A DNA stretch of 64,000 bases from Dictyostelium discoideum (taxonomy: Eukaryota): positions 704,001 through 768,000 of the forward strand of contig CM000152.2 of assembly GCA_000004695.1 (NCBI GenBank). Direction: 5' to 3'. This document shows, piece by piece, positions 13,583 to 28,534 of the stretch. Position 1 is the first letter of the stretch; the number at the start of each line of letters is the position of its first letter. Under the pieces are notes generated by a model. It did not search any database. It was given only the letters and a program-made list of their open reading frames with translations, and was not told where the DNA came from. The translations under genes and the position numbers were made by a program.

Positions 13583-13846
13583 TATTATTTTTTTTTTTTT
13601 TTTTTTATGAAAACTATTTTTATCCAATAATTTCCATTGATTCTTGTGTTTTTTTTGGATTTTTAAAAATTTGTTCATTTTAGGAAAAAGGGAAAGTAAA
13701 TACAATTTGAATAAACTTAATATTAATGAGGTAAAAATTTAATTAATAGTATTTTAAGATGTGTGATTTTAATTTGTTTTTGATTTTTTTTTTTTTTGAT
13801 TTTTTTTTTTTTTTTTTTTTTTCTTGTTTAAAAAATAATATTTTCT

Positions 13847-14532
<686 letters not shown>

Positions 14533-15221
14533 TGTATATGTATATGTGTGTGTTTATATCTTTAGATCAACAAATAAAGAAAAAAAAAATTAAAAAATTA
14601 AAAAATAAAAATAAAAATAAAAAAAAAAAAAGAAAAACGAAAAAAAACGACGTTTTTTGGATTTTAATATTTTTTTAATTTTTTTTTTTTTTTTTATTAT
14701 TTTTTTATTTTTATTATTTTATTTTTTATTATTTTTTTATTTTTTTTTTTTTATTTTTATTTTTTTTTTTTATTATTTTTTTTTTTTATTTTTTTTTTAT
14801 TTTTTTATTTTTTTTTTTTTTATTTTAATAATAAACCCACACAACCTCAAACAATAAATATATTTATTAGCCTGTCTTTAAAAAATTTTAATCCATTGTT
14901 TTTTTTGTTTTATTAAAATTTTTTTATTTTTCATTAAATTTATTATTATTTTATTTTGTGCATAATTTTTAAAAATTTTTTTATTTTTTTATTTTAATTT
15001 TATTTTGTTATATAATAATATAAGGAATATAAATTATAAATATAAATATTTTTGTTAGAAAAAAAAATAAAATAATAGAAAAAAAAAATAATAAAAAAAA
15101 AAAAAAGATAAAGAATAATTTAGATATCCACTTTTTTTGTATTGCATAATTCTTTTTTTTTTTTTTTTTTTTTTCTATTTCTTTCCATTACCAATAAACC
15201 AAAAAAAAAAAAAAAAAAATT

Positions 15222-15269
15222 TAATAATAATAAAATAACTGACCATTTAAGAATCAAATATAATTAACA

Positions 15270-15308
<39 letters not shown>

Positions 15309-15450
15309 AACTTATAATAATAAAATAACTGAACATTTAAGAATCAAATATAATTAACAAAAAAAAAAAAAAAAACCTAAAAATAATAATAATAACATAT
15401 ATATAATAATAAAATAATTGAACATTTAAGAATCTAATATAATAACAAAA
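15222..15450. repeat. Three tandem copies of a ~90-bp unit (ATAATAATAAAATAACTGA(C/A)CATTTAAGAATC(A/T)AATATAATTAACAAAA + poly-A) ~200 bp upstream of the SAC3-domain gene ATG
   Basis: Copies begin at about 15222, 15312 and 15405 with 2-4 substitutions between copies. Confidence 0.8.
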
Positions 15451-15659
15451 AAAAAAAAAAAAAAACATTAACCAATTTTTCATATTTCATTTTTTCAATT
15501 GTTTTCAAATTTTTTATTTTTTTTTTTTTTTTTTGAATTTATTTTTGAATTTTTCTCCACTCTATTACACACCCCATTAAAAAAAAAAAAAAAACCCATA
15601 TACTTAAACAGTCACAAACAAAAACAAAAAAAAAAAAAAAAAAAAAAAAACAATTTAAA

Positions 15660-16320
15660 ATGAGTTTAAATTATAACGGTATGTATACAGCAGATAACAG
15701 TTGGGGTAATAAAGGTTCAGGTGCTGCTGTTGCTTATGGAGATAATACAAATATGAATAATGGTTATTGGTCTCAAGATAGCAATGTAGCAAATAATTTT
15801 TATGGTGATAATGGTTTTAATAATAGCAATAATTATGACCAATCACAAAATTATAATATTAATAATAATAATAGTAGTAATAATAATTGGAATCAACAAC
15901 AACAACTACAACAACCATCCTATGCACAAATCGTAGGTGGTAATTGGAGTCAAAATAATCAACAACAACAGCAACAACAGCAACAACAGCAACAACAAAT
16001 TTCACAACCAACTCAACTATCAACTGGATCATCACTAATTGTCCCTCCCCCAACCTTCAAAAAGAAAAAATCTCAAGCAACCACAGCATCAACAACATTG
16101 AATAAACAACCACAACAATCAATTATACAAAATACAGGTTCAATGAATAATATGAATAATACTATTAATAATATGAATAACATGAACATGAATACTACTA
16201 CTAATAATGGTAATAATATGAGTAATATGAATAATAATATTAATAATAATAATAGTATGAATAATATGAATTATAATTTGAATAATATAAATAGTAGCTG
16301 GAACCAACAATACCAACAGC

Positions 16321-16381
<61 letters not shown>

Positions 16382-17905
16382 GCAATATAATAATAATAAT
16401 CAATATAACCAATATAGTCAACAACCACCACCACCACCACAACAACAAATCCAACCACCAACACCACAACCAATTAAAAAAATCACTACACCAATTGCAC
16501 CTCTAACTCCCCCACCACAAACAGCAGCTAAAAAAGAAAAACCATCCAAAAGTTTAACATCTTATGTACAAAGAGCTTTTAAAGCAGCAGAGTCTCAAGA
16601 ACAATTAAAAGAAATGCAAGCATTAATTAAAGAAAAAATTAGTAAAGGTCATTCAAATATCGATTGGGATAATGAACCATTACCAACATTGTAAGTATAT
16701 AATTACAAATCGATATAATCATTTCTACAAATTAAATCTTTATTCTTTACTGACATTTTTTTTTTTTTTTTTTTAATATTAATTTTAGAATTAAAACGGT
16801 AAATATAAAAAGTAATGAAAAAATTTGGCAAGAAGATATGGTTCCACTTTCATTAAAAAATAAAAATAATAATAATAATAATATTAATAGTAAACAAGAT
16901 AAAAAAAGAAAAGCAAATGCACAATCAACAGTTTTTGATTCACCAAATAGTCAAAATAAAAGGTTACAAAGATTTGGAGGTAATAGTAATTGTCAGTATG
17001 CTCCAGGTACTGGTAGTTATTCAATTGAAAAATTTGGACAAGGTAAAGATTTACCACCATTCGATAGTAGTACAGAATTGGATTGGGACACATTGACAAT
17101 CAAAGGTACATGTACAGATTTAGAGAAACCATACCTTAGATTGACATCAGCACCAGATCCATCAACTGTAAGACCAGAGGAAGTTTTGAAAAAGACATTG
17201 GTATTCTTAAAAAAGAAATGGTTAGAGAAAGAGGATTACATCTATACTTGTGAACAATTTAGAAGTATTAGACAAGATCTCACCGTACAAAGAATAAAAA
17301 ATCGTTTCACCGTTGAAGTCTATGAAACTCATGCTCGTCTTGCATTGGAGAATCAAGACTTGGGTCAATTTAATCAATGTCAAACTCAATTGTTCCAACT
17401 CTACAAACAGCCAGGTCTTGCCTCATCAAGTATGAGTGAATTCTATGCCTATCGTCTATTGTATAACATCTACCAAGACAACAGTACCGATATCACTAAA
17501 ACCCTCACCGACATTGATAAGGATAAGTCGGGTGTTGGAAAGTTTGCCCATGTTCAACATGCACTCAAAGTTAGAACCGCCATTTACAATAACAACTATT
17601 GCTCCTACTTTAGACTTTGCAAAGATCCACCCAATATGGCCATATATTTGTTGGATAAGATCACACCACGTATACGTGTTCAAGCATTAAGAATGGTTTT
17701 GAAAGCCTATCGTCCAAACATTTTAATCTCTCAAATTATGGAATTAGGTTTCAAAAATGAAAAAGAGGCTCAAGAGTTTGTTGACAAAAACAAATTAATT
17801 TGGATCAATCCAAAACTTAAAAAAGAAATTGATGCAAAAGCCTCCTCTTCAATTCCTATTGAAATGCCAGTCGCTGTTGTTCATGCTGTTGATGGTCGTT
17901 GGTAA
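15660..17905 (+). CDS. SAC3/GANP-domain protein (LENG8/Thp3-like) with a ~340-aa N-terminal Asn/Gln-rich low-complexity region; exons 15660..16690, 16789..17905
   Basis: Exon 2 carries the SAC3/GANP hallmark CEQFRSIRQDLTVQRIKNRFTVEVYETHARLALENQDLGQFNQCQTQL. GTAAGT donor at 16691 (phase 2) and AATTTTAG acceptor ending 16788. Exon 1 is prion-like, with (CAA)n encoding more than 30 consecutive Gln. Confidence 0.75.
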
Positions 17906-18600
17906 ATCAATTTAAGAGACGACCTTTTTAATCATCTCTCTCTAAATTCTTCTCCAACCCCTTTCAACTGTGTGAGCAAACTTTTATGGCGTCTATAAAC
18001 AAACCAATTTCAAATCAAGCATATATTTATGCATACCAAATTATTAACATTACCAGTTCTCACACACCAAACACTAAACTCTTTTTTCCTCCCCCCTCAT
18101 CTCAACTAATTGTATAAATGAATAATACTACTAACCCCTTTCTCTCTTTTCTTTCTTTCTTTCTTTTTTTTTTTTTTTAATTTTTATTTTCTTTTAGCAT
18201 ATTTATTAAATATATTTCCTTTCGAACTAAATTTCAAATTCAATCAGAATTTTATTTACCAATTTGTAATTAAAAATAGTCAAAATAAATGAAGAATAAA
18301 AAAAAAAAAAAAATAATAATGACAATAATTAATAATAATAATAACATTTAAATTAAATAAAGAAAATAAACTCTTAGTTGGGTTTATAAAGTAATTTTTT
18401 TTTTTTGTTTTTTTTTAATTTTTTTATTCTTCATGTATAAGAAACTATGAATAGATTTTATTTTATTGTTAAAAAATAAAATAAATAAAAAAGGTAACAG
18501 CTATTAAATCTTAAAAAAAACCTTTTTATTTCTTTTTTTTTATTTTTTTTATTTCTTTTTTTTTATTTTTTTTTTTATTTCTTTTTTTTTTTTAAAATTT

Positions 18601-20035
18601 TTAATGAACACCATTTAAAGTTGGTGAAAAATTATTTGTTTGTGGTTTTAAAGGATTAACAATAGGTACATTAATATGTTGGATTGCCATTGCAACAATA
18701 CTTGTCATATTAACTTCAGGACCGAAAACTTTGATTGGGATATGTAATTTATGACCAATTTCTCTCATATGTTGTAAACCCGATTGATAATTTGGACCAC
18801 CTCTTCTAACGAAAATGGAAAGATTTGATTTAATGATATCATCATGATACTCTTTAATTGCTCTAATGATACCTTTGAAAGTGGCAGCCACATCAGTAAA
18901 ATTAGCAATACCACCACCAATTAATAATGCTCTTGGTCTAGAATCAGGATTTCTGGTTGCCAATGAAATTAAAGTGCATGCATATTTATGAGTATCCTCT
19001 TCATTTGGATCACCGGAATATTCACCATAATTTCCAAGCTCATTACCAAAACCTAAATCAGCAACAGTGTCAGCATAGATAACAGAGGCACCACCTCCGG
19101 CAACCATTGCCCATATTCTTCCTTTTGGATTTAATAAAGTTAATTTCAAGGATGCACCTGTTTTTTCATCAATTTCATTTACATAGGTTTCCTCTGGATA
19201 TAAACTTCTACCAAATGGTTGTGGAAATTGAACTGGTTCGCCATCAACTAACCAACGACCACCACATTTAAATGATGCACATTCATCAACTTCACCTCTT
19301 GCATCTAATGGATAAGGTTTACCTTCTGCATCTAATGTAAATGGATTCATTTCAATAAAATGGAATGATAAATCTATTATGAATTTTTAAAAAAATAAAA
19401 TAAAATAAATTAATAAATTATTAAAATATTAAAATATTAATTATTAATTATTTACCATTAAATAATTTATAAACATTTCTAATAAAATCAATAACATATT
19501 CTCTATTTTGTACAGAAGAATCAATTATTGTATGTAAATCAAATTTATCAATTGATTCACCATATGGAATTTCAATTGAGGAGACTTTATCCCAATTTTC
19601 TTCGATTTCCATACCACCACAATTTGAAAATGAAATTCTATTTGATTCTCTTTCTGCAGTGATTGAAAGGTAGTATTCTTCGGTATGTGGTAAAAATGGC
19701 TCAACAATGAAATGAGTAACCAATCCTGATTTACCTCCAATTTCAACTGGTTTATTTATTTTCTCTTTAATGAATTTATCGGCTTCTTCCAAAGTTGCAT
19801 TTAATAAAACTAAACCATTTTTACCTCTTTTTCCAAATAACATATCTGGTTTAACTACGAGTTTGGAATTGTTGACCCATATATTATCAATTGATTTCGA
19901 TAATTCAATAAGAGTTGGTGTTGTTGGTGAAACTTGAATCATCTTTAAATTTAATTTAGATCCATTGCATGATAATGCAAAATTATTTTTAATAATATAT
20001 TTTGTTGAATATTCTCTTAATTTCTTTCTTGCCAT
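18601..20035 (-). CDS. ATP-citrate lyase, N-terminal subunit (ATP-grasp / succinyl-CoA-synthetase-beta-like half); exons 19456..20035, 18601..19373
   Basis: Colinear with the human ACLY N-terminal ~425 aa: [83 protein letters not shown]. Ends at a stop (..NGVH*). Phase-1 GTAAAT donor at 19455 and ATAG acceptor ending 19374. Confidence 0.85.
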
Positions 20036-20147
20036 TTTTTTTTTTTTTATTATTTTAAAAATTTGAAACTATTGAAATTAATTAAACAAAATTTACCACT
20101 AATAAAAATTATTTATATATATTTTATGTGTATACAAATATATATTT

Positions 20148-20192
<45 letters not shown>

Positions 20193-20462
20193 TATAAAAA
20201 ATATTAAAAAATAAATTAAATAAAAAAAAATAATTAAAATTAAAAAAAAAAAAAAAAAAAAGAAAAAGAAAAAATATAGTAATAATGGCGTTAATAATTA
20301 TGAAATTTAATTTTTAATTTTTTTTTGGATAAAAATAAAACAAAATAAAATAAAAAAAAATTATTATTTATTATTAATTATCTATGGAAGGGAATATAAA
20401 AATGATAAATTACTATCGTTTTTGTGTGTATGTTGTATTGTGGGAAAAAAAAATAAATAAAA

Positions 20463-20501
<39 letters not shown>

Positions 20502-20636
20502 AAAAGGTGGTAAATTGGTAGATTAAGAATTTAGATCCAATATAATTATATAATTTTATTATTACCTTTTTTCTTTAATTTTAAATTTTATATACTAATA
20601 ATAATATTATATTGGCCTTATGAATTTTAAAAAATA

Positions 20637-20671
<35 letters not shown>

Positions 20672-22195
20672 CAGGTTAATTGATTCGTTTGAGTTTAAAA
20701 AAAAAAAAATAAAAGTTGAAATTATCCATAATTTGACTATTATAAGTGAAGTTATTTAATGTGTTTTAAAATTGAAAAGGTATGGAGTTATATTTTTTTT
20801 AAATTTTTTTTTTTTTCCAACTTTCAATACCAAATTTGTAGGAAATTTTAAAAAAGGAAAGAAAAAATAAAATAAAAAAACCAAAAATTTGAAAAGAAAA
20901 AAAAAAAAAAAAAAAAAAGGTGTGGTTGTGTGTATTTTTGATTTTTTTTATTTTATTTTAATTATTTTTTTAATTTTTGTTTTTTTTTTTTTTTTTTTTT
21001 TTCCCTTATTAGATAAAAACTAATCCAAATTGATATCTTTATTTAATAAGCAAAACAAGTCATTTATTTGTGTGCAATAAAATAATTTTTTAAATAATTT
21101 TTAATTTAAATTTAAAAAAATAAACAGTTTTAAAATTTTTTATTTTTTTTTTTTTTTTATTTTTTTAATTTTAGAATTATATATTTTTTTTAAACACATT
21201 TAAATTATTTACAATTAAAAAAAATAGGTAAGTTTTATACATACAAAAATTTAATACTATGAAAAAAAAAAAAAAAAAAAAAAAACAATTTTATGTGTTT
21301 TTTTTTTTTTTTAAAAATTAAATTTACATACACACTTTTTTTTTTTTTTTTTTTTTTAATTAAATAACAGTCAACAATCTAAAATATTTTTTTATTTTCC
21401 CAAACATTTTTTTTATTTTTTTTTTTTTTATTTTTTTATTTTTTTTTTTTAAAAAATTTAAATTTTTTTTTTTTTCAATATCAAAAGTGTCTGTTCACAT
21501 AAAAAAAAAAGATTTTTTTAAACAAATTTGCAAATATTTTTAGGGGAAAAATTAAAATCACCAATTTCCCATCTAAATCAGAAAATAAAAAAAACTATTC
21601 CTCAATAATTTAATTTATTTTTTAAAAAAAAACCCTATGTATGTCATAGCAAAATTATATTAAAAAAAATAAAAAATTTAAAAAAAAAATGAATAATAAA
21701 ATTTTGGAATTAATAAGGCTCCCTTCTATTTTTTTTTATTTAATATTTTCATTTTTTTTATTTTTTTAAAACAAATATTTTTTTTTTATTATTTTTTTTT
21801 TTTTTTTTTATAAATCGCAGTCACTGTTTTATTTTAAAATTAATTTAAATTTATAAAAACAAATATTTTTATTTATTTATTTTAATCATTGATAACCTAA
21901 TAATTATTTAATTGTGAGTCATAACACAATAAAAATATCTATATAAAAATAAAATAAAAAAAAATATTCTCCATTCCTTTTTTTTTTTTTTATTATTTTT
22001 TATTTTTTTTTTTTTCAAAAATATTATCTGTACATAATATAATTATAAAATTCTAACAAATAATTTATTATTAAAAAAAAAAAAAAAAAAAAAATTAGTT
22101 TTTAATTTATTTAGAAAAAAAAAAATAATAAATTATTTGTTAAATAAATAATTTTATTATTTTAATAATATATAAAAAAATATATATATAAAGAA
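20036..22195. promoter_or_regulatory. 2.2-kb AT-rich intergenic region shared by the divergently transcribed ACL subunit genes (putative bidirectional promoter)
   Basis: Both ATGs (20035 on minus, 22196 on plus) face this region. It has poly-A/T tracts and no ORFs, and an (AAT)13 microsatellite at 20151..20190. Confidence 0.45.
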
Positions 22196-24064
22196 ATGAC
22201 AAATAGTAATTTTAATCATGGTAATCATGGTAGTAATTTACCAGCAAGGTTATTTACAAAACAATCACAGGCATTAATTTATAATTATAAAGAAGCAGCA
22301 GTCCAAAGAATGTTAGATTTTGATAATGTTTCACAAAGGGATACACCATCAGTGGGTGGGTTAATTCATCCAGGATCCGATGGTGGTATGTATAAAGCAT
22401 TCTTTGGATTTAAAGAGTTGGTAATACCAGTTTATAATTCAGTATCAGAAGCATGTCAACAATGTCCAAATGCAGATGTATTTTTAAATTTTGCATCACA
22501 TCGTTCAGCTTACCAATCATCGTTATTGGCATTAAGAGAACCATCGATTCAAACCGTTGTTATCATTGCAGAGGGTGTACCAGAGAATGAAGCACGTTCA
22601 TTGATATCAATTGCAAAGAAATTGGGTAAGGTTATAATCGGACCTGCAACTGTTGGTGGCATTCAAGCTGGTTGTTTCAAAATTGGTAATACCGCAGGTA
22701 CAATCGTTTATATTATGGCTTGTAAATTGTATAGATCAGGTTCAGTTGGCTTCGTTTCAAAGAGTGGTGGTTTGTCCAATGAAATGTATAATGTACTCTC
22801 AAGATGTACCGATGGTATCTATGAAGGTATCGCAATTGGAGGTGATGCTTTCCCTGGCTCAACACTCACAGACCATGCCCTACGTTATGAGAAATTGCCA
22901 GAGGTTCAAATGATTGTTATATTGGGTGAGTTGGGTGGATGGGACGAGTATGGAATTGTGGAGGCATTGAAAAAGGGTGAAATTACAAAACCAATTTGTG
23001 CATGGGTATCTGGTACTGTTGCAAAGATTTTCCCAACCGAAGTACAATTTGGTCATGCAGGTGCAAAATCTGGTGGTGAAACTGAATCTGCCGATGCAAA
23101 GAATAAAGCTTTACGTGAGGCTGGTGCAGTTGTACCAACTTCTTTTGAAGATTTCTCAAATGTTATTGCCGCTACCTATGCCAAACTTCAATCAAAGGGT
23201 TTGGTTAAACCAGTTGAAGAACCAACACCACCTGAATTACCATTAGATTTCAAGACTGCAGTTAAGGCTGGTAAAGTTAGAAAGCCAACATCAATTATCT
23301 CTACAATTTGTGATGATCGTGGTGATGAACTTTCCTATGCAGGTGTACCAATTAGTGAAGTATGTAAAGAGCAATATAATATGGGTGATGTGATTGGCTT
23401 ACTTTGGTTCAAGAGAAAGTTACCACCATACGCTTCCAAGTTCTTTGAAATGTGTTTGAAACTAGTTGCCGATCATGGTCCATGTGTTAGTGGTGCTCAT
23501 AATACAATCGTTGCTGCTCGTGCTGGTAAGGATTTAGTATCAAGTCTTGTTTCAGGTTTATTAACAATTGGACCACGTTTTGGTGGTGCCATCGATGATA
23601 GTGCTCGTGTATTCCAAGATGCAGTCGATAACAATTTACAACCATCACAATTTGTTGAAGGTATGAAATCAAAGGGTAAAAGAATTCCAGGTATTGGTCA
23701 TTTAATTAAATCTGCCGATGAAATCGATAAAAGAGTAGTATTATTAAAAGATTATGCTTTCACTCATTTCTCATCAACAAAATATTTAGAATACGCATTG
23801 GAAGTTGAAAAATATACCCTTCAAAAAGCAAATAATTTAATTTTAAATGTTGATGGTTGTATTGGTGTATTATTTTTAGATTTATTACATTCATCCGGTT
23901 TATTCACTCAACATGAAATTAAAGAAATTATAGATGTTGGTTATTTAAATGGTTTCTTTATTGTTGGTAGAAGTGTTGGTTTAATCGGTCACGCATTAGA
24001 TCAACGTAGAAATAAACAAGGACTTTATAGACACCAAGCTGATGATGTTCATTATGCCCTTTAA
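22196..24064 (+). CDS. ATP-citrate lyase, C-terminal subunit (CoA-binding + catalytic His + citrate-synthase-like domain); single exon
   Basis: 622-aa ORF colinear with human ACLY residues ~490-1100: GPATVGGIQAGCFKIGNT, the catalytic-His motif EVQFGHAGA, LLWFKRKLP, VADHGPCVSGAHNTIVAARAGKDLVSSL, GIGHLIKS, RSVGLIGHALDQRRNKQGLYRH. Confidence 0.85.
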   Translation: MTNSNFNHGNHGSNLPARLFTKQSQALIYNYKEAAVQRMLDFDNVSQRDTPSVGGLIHPGSDGGMYKAFFGFKELVIPVYNSVSEACQQCPNADVFLNFASHRSAYQSSLLALREPSIQTVVIIAEGVPENEARSLISIAKKLGKVIIGPATVGGIQAGCFKIGNTAGTIVYIMACKLYRSGSVGFVSKSGGLSNEMYNVLSRCTDGIYEGIAIGGDAFPGSTLTDHALRYEKLPEVQMIVILGELGGWDEYGIVEALKKGEITKPICAWVSGTVAKIFPTEVQFGHAGAKSGGETESADAKNKALREAGAVVPTSFEDFSNVIAATYAKLQSKGLVKPVEEPTPPELPLDFKTAVKAGKVRKPTSIISTICDDRGDELSYAGVPISEVCKEQYNMGDVIGLLWFKRKLPPYASKFFEMCLKLVADHGPCVSGAHNTIVAARAGKDLVSSLVSGLLTIGPRFGGAIDDSARVFQDAVDNNLQPSQFVEGMKSKGKRIPGIGHLIKSADEIDKRVVLLKDYAFTHFSSTKYLEYALEVEKYTLQKANNLILNVDGCIGVLFLDLLHSSGLFTQHEIKEIIDVGYLNGFFIVGRSVGLIGHALDQRRNKQGLYRHQADDVHYAL

Positions 24065-25622
24065 AATTTTAATAAATATAAATATAAAAATAAAAATAAA
24101 ATAAAATAAAATAAAACCATTTTTTAATAATTTTATTTCATTTTATAATTATAATCCTTTTAAAAAGGTTTTTTTTTCATTTTATTAATTACAAAACTCA
24201 ACTATAAAATATGGAAGAGGCTCACCAAATTTCCAACAATTTATTTCCTCAAAACCATATCAATTTTCAAATCATTTTGTTTTTTTTTAACTTAAGTATA
24301 AATAAAATAAATATATAAATAAAGGAATAAATATATAAATAAAGGAATAATTATAAATATAAAAAAAAAAATAAAAAAAAAAATAAAAAAAAAAACCAAA
24401 ACAAAACGTAACCAAATTATATTATTTTTATTTTTATTTTTATTTTAATTTTTATTTTAAAATACTTTATTTCCTTTTTAGTAATTTTTTTGGTGGCTAT
24501 TTGGCTTGGTACCCACTAGTGTTTAATTAAAATAAACACAATCTTTAATTATATTGTTTTGTCAAATTGACTATCCATTTTTTAAATGATTTAATCTTTT
24601 TTTTTTTAAAGTATAAAAAAAAAACACAAAATGGTGATTGGGTTAAATCAAATTAAAAAAAAAAAAATTATACTAAATATATCTAATAATGGGGTAATTT
24701 TTAGTATTTATTGTATTTTAATTTGGGTGATTGTGGGTTTAGATTTATTTTAATTTTTTTTCTCATTTTATTTTATTTCATTTTATTTTATTTTATTTTA
24801 TTTTATTTTTTTCTAAACAATTAAAAACAAATTAATAAATTGCATACTTGAATAAAATACCTGGTAAAAATAAAAATGTAAATGACAAATTAAAATTTAT
24901 AATTAATTTTAAAATTTGTAAGTAAATCATAAATTCTTTAAGAAATGATTTTACCAATTAATATAGAATGGTCACGATGTAATCTATGGAGTGTAATTAT
25001 TAATATTTTTATTTTTTTTTTAAAAAAAAAATGCCAAATTAATTTACTAACTTGTTATTTGAAATTAAATTGTTATTATGAATTTTAGTGATTTTTATCC
25101 TTCTAATTTTTTTTATTTGGTGTTGACTGCTATATACCTAGTTTAATGAATACATCTAATAAACTTCCAAAATAGGTAATATCCAAATAAATAAAACTTA
25201 TTGGTATTGTTGTTGAATTTAACAATAATAACTATTAATTATTTCTGATCCTGTATACCTACTACCTATAGTATAAAAGTGGGGATAAAAATTGTGTTTA
25301 AAATATAAAGTATTTACATATTTATAAAAATATTTTAATAAATTAATAAGAGAAAATTTAAATCAATTATAAATTATTTGAATTTTCTTTAAAAGATATT
25401 TTTATTTTATAATTATTTTAAATCGTAATAATAATAATAAAAATAAAAAAATCTATTTAAGGGAAAAAAAAAAAAAAATATTTTTTTTATAATTCAATTA
25501 ATTATTAAATAAAAATAAAAAATAAAAAATAAAAAATAAAAATATATAAAATTATTTTATTATTTTTTTTTTTCTGTACTAATAATCAACTTTATTCAAT
25601 TAAAAAATAAATAAATAAAAAA

Positions 25623-26084
25623 ATGAAATTCTTAACTGTCTTATTAATTGTAATTGTTGTATTATCATGCTTATTTTCAACATCATTGGCAACCACCAAA
25701 GCTTCAATTGCAAGATGTGATGATTGTAAAAATGCATTAAGAACTGTTGATTCAAAATTACCAGGAAAAAGATCAAGAGAACAAATTGAAAATTATCTTC
25801 AAGGAGCTTGTCAACAAGCTACTGCAATTGTTCCACTTCCTGAATTACCTATTTCACTCCCAGTTCCAATAGTAAGTAATTTTTTTTTTCTTTTTTTTTC
25901 CTATTTAATAATAAATTTAATATTAATTAATTATTTTAATGAAAAAAAAAAAAAAATGAAAAAAAAAAAAATTATAATAATAATAAAGTGTTCATTAATT
26001 ACTGCCCATCGTAGTGAATTAGTTCAAGGATTAATTGAAAGAAAAGAATATACTTCCATTTGTAAAAATGCTAAATTATGTTAA
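25623..26084 (+). CDS. Small secreted saposin-like (amoebapore-like) protein; exons 25623..25871, 25989..26084
   Basis: Signal peptide MKFLTVLLIVIVVLSCLFSTSLA. The six Cys spacing C-x2-C...C...C...C-x5-C (CDDC...C..|C...ICKNAKLC) fits a saposin B-type fold. Phase-0 GTAAGT donor at 25872 and AATAAAG acceptor ending 25988. Confidence 0.5.
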   Translation: MKFLTVLLIVIVVLSCLFSTSLATTKASIARCDDCKNALRTVDSKLPGKRSREQIENYLQGACQQATAIVPLPELPISLPVPIVSNFFFLFFSYLIINLILINYFNEKKKKMKKKKIIIIIKCSLITAHRSELVQGLIERKEYTSICKNAKLC

Positions 26085-27118
26085 TTTTTATATAAACTAT
26101 ATATTTTATAATTATTATCCAATAAATTCTCAATTTTATTCCCTCCTGTTGTTCTTCAAAATAAAAAAACAATTGAAAAAAATAAATGATAAATAATTAA
26201 ATTCTAAAATAAAATTTTTGATTAAAAAAAAAAAAAAAAAAAAAAAATTCAACAAATAGAATGCATTTCATTTTTTTTATATGATTGGGTGCTCTCTATT
26301 TTTGTATACCAAATTCAAATTAAAAAAAAAATAAAAAAAAAAATAAAAAAAATGAAAATATTTTTTTTTTTTTTTTTATTTTTTTGTTTCAGATTTGGAT
26401 GTTTTTGTTAATATTTACGTCGCAATTAACCTAAAAAAAAAAAAAGTTAAGTGTTTTTTTGATCACTTTACTTTCACCTTTATAATTTTTATTAAATTGT
26501 AAAGTGTTGTGGAGTGAATTTTTATTTTTTTTATTTTTTTTTAATCTTTTTCCTTTTTTTCCTTCTTTTTTTTGATTACTAAAATAATTTAGTAAAAAAA
26601 AAAATAATAAATGGAATTTTGATACCAAAATAATTTCTAAAAAAAGGAATTGGAAATATCTTGCACTTGGCAATTAACTGAAAATTTTTTATTTTTTAAT
26701 TTTTTTTTTTTTTTTTTTTTTTTTCAATTTTTTTAATTTTTTTTAATTTTTTTTCTTTTTTTTTACTTAAAAAATTTTTCTAATTTTTTTAATTTTTTTT
26801 TTTTTTTTTTTTTTTTTTCATTTAATAACTCTCGAGAATCGTTAATATATTTATAATTATATTTATATATATATAAAATAAAAAAAAAAGATTTTTTTTT
26901 TTTTTTCTATTTTTTGTTATTTTAAAGTTTATTTATTCATTTTAATAATATTTGGATAAATTATTATTTTTTTGTTTTGTGTATTACTGTATTTTTTAAA
27001 GAGAAAAATAAAAAAAAAAAAATTTTGCATTCGCTCTTTTTTTTTTCGTTTTTATAAAAATAAAATATTAAAATCATTATAAATCATATATAAATATAAT
27101 AATAATAAATAGTATATT

Positions 27119-28534
<1,416 letters not shown>

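Noticed and set aside
13252-13705. Two Lys/Phe-rich ORFs upstream of the U1-C gene
   Set aside because: Homopolymer translation of promoter poly-A/T tracts.
22653-23672. Small internal ORFs (86, 89 and 61 aa) inside the ACL subunit B gene
   Set aside because: These are off-frame or antisense ORFs nested in a well-supported 622-aa conserved CDS.
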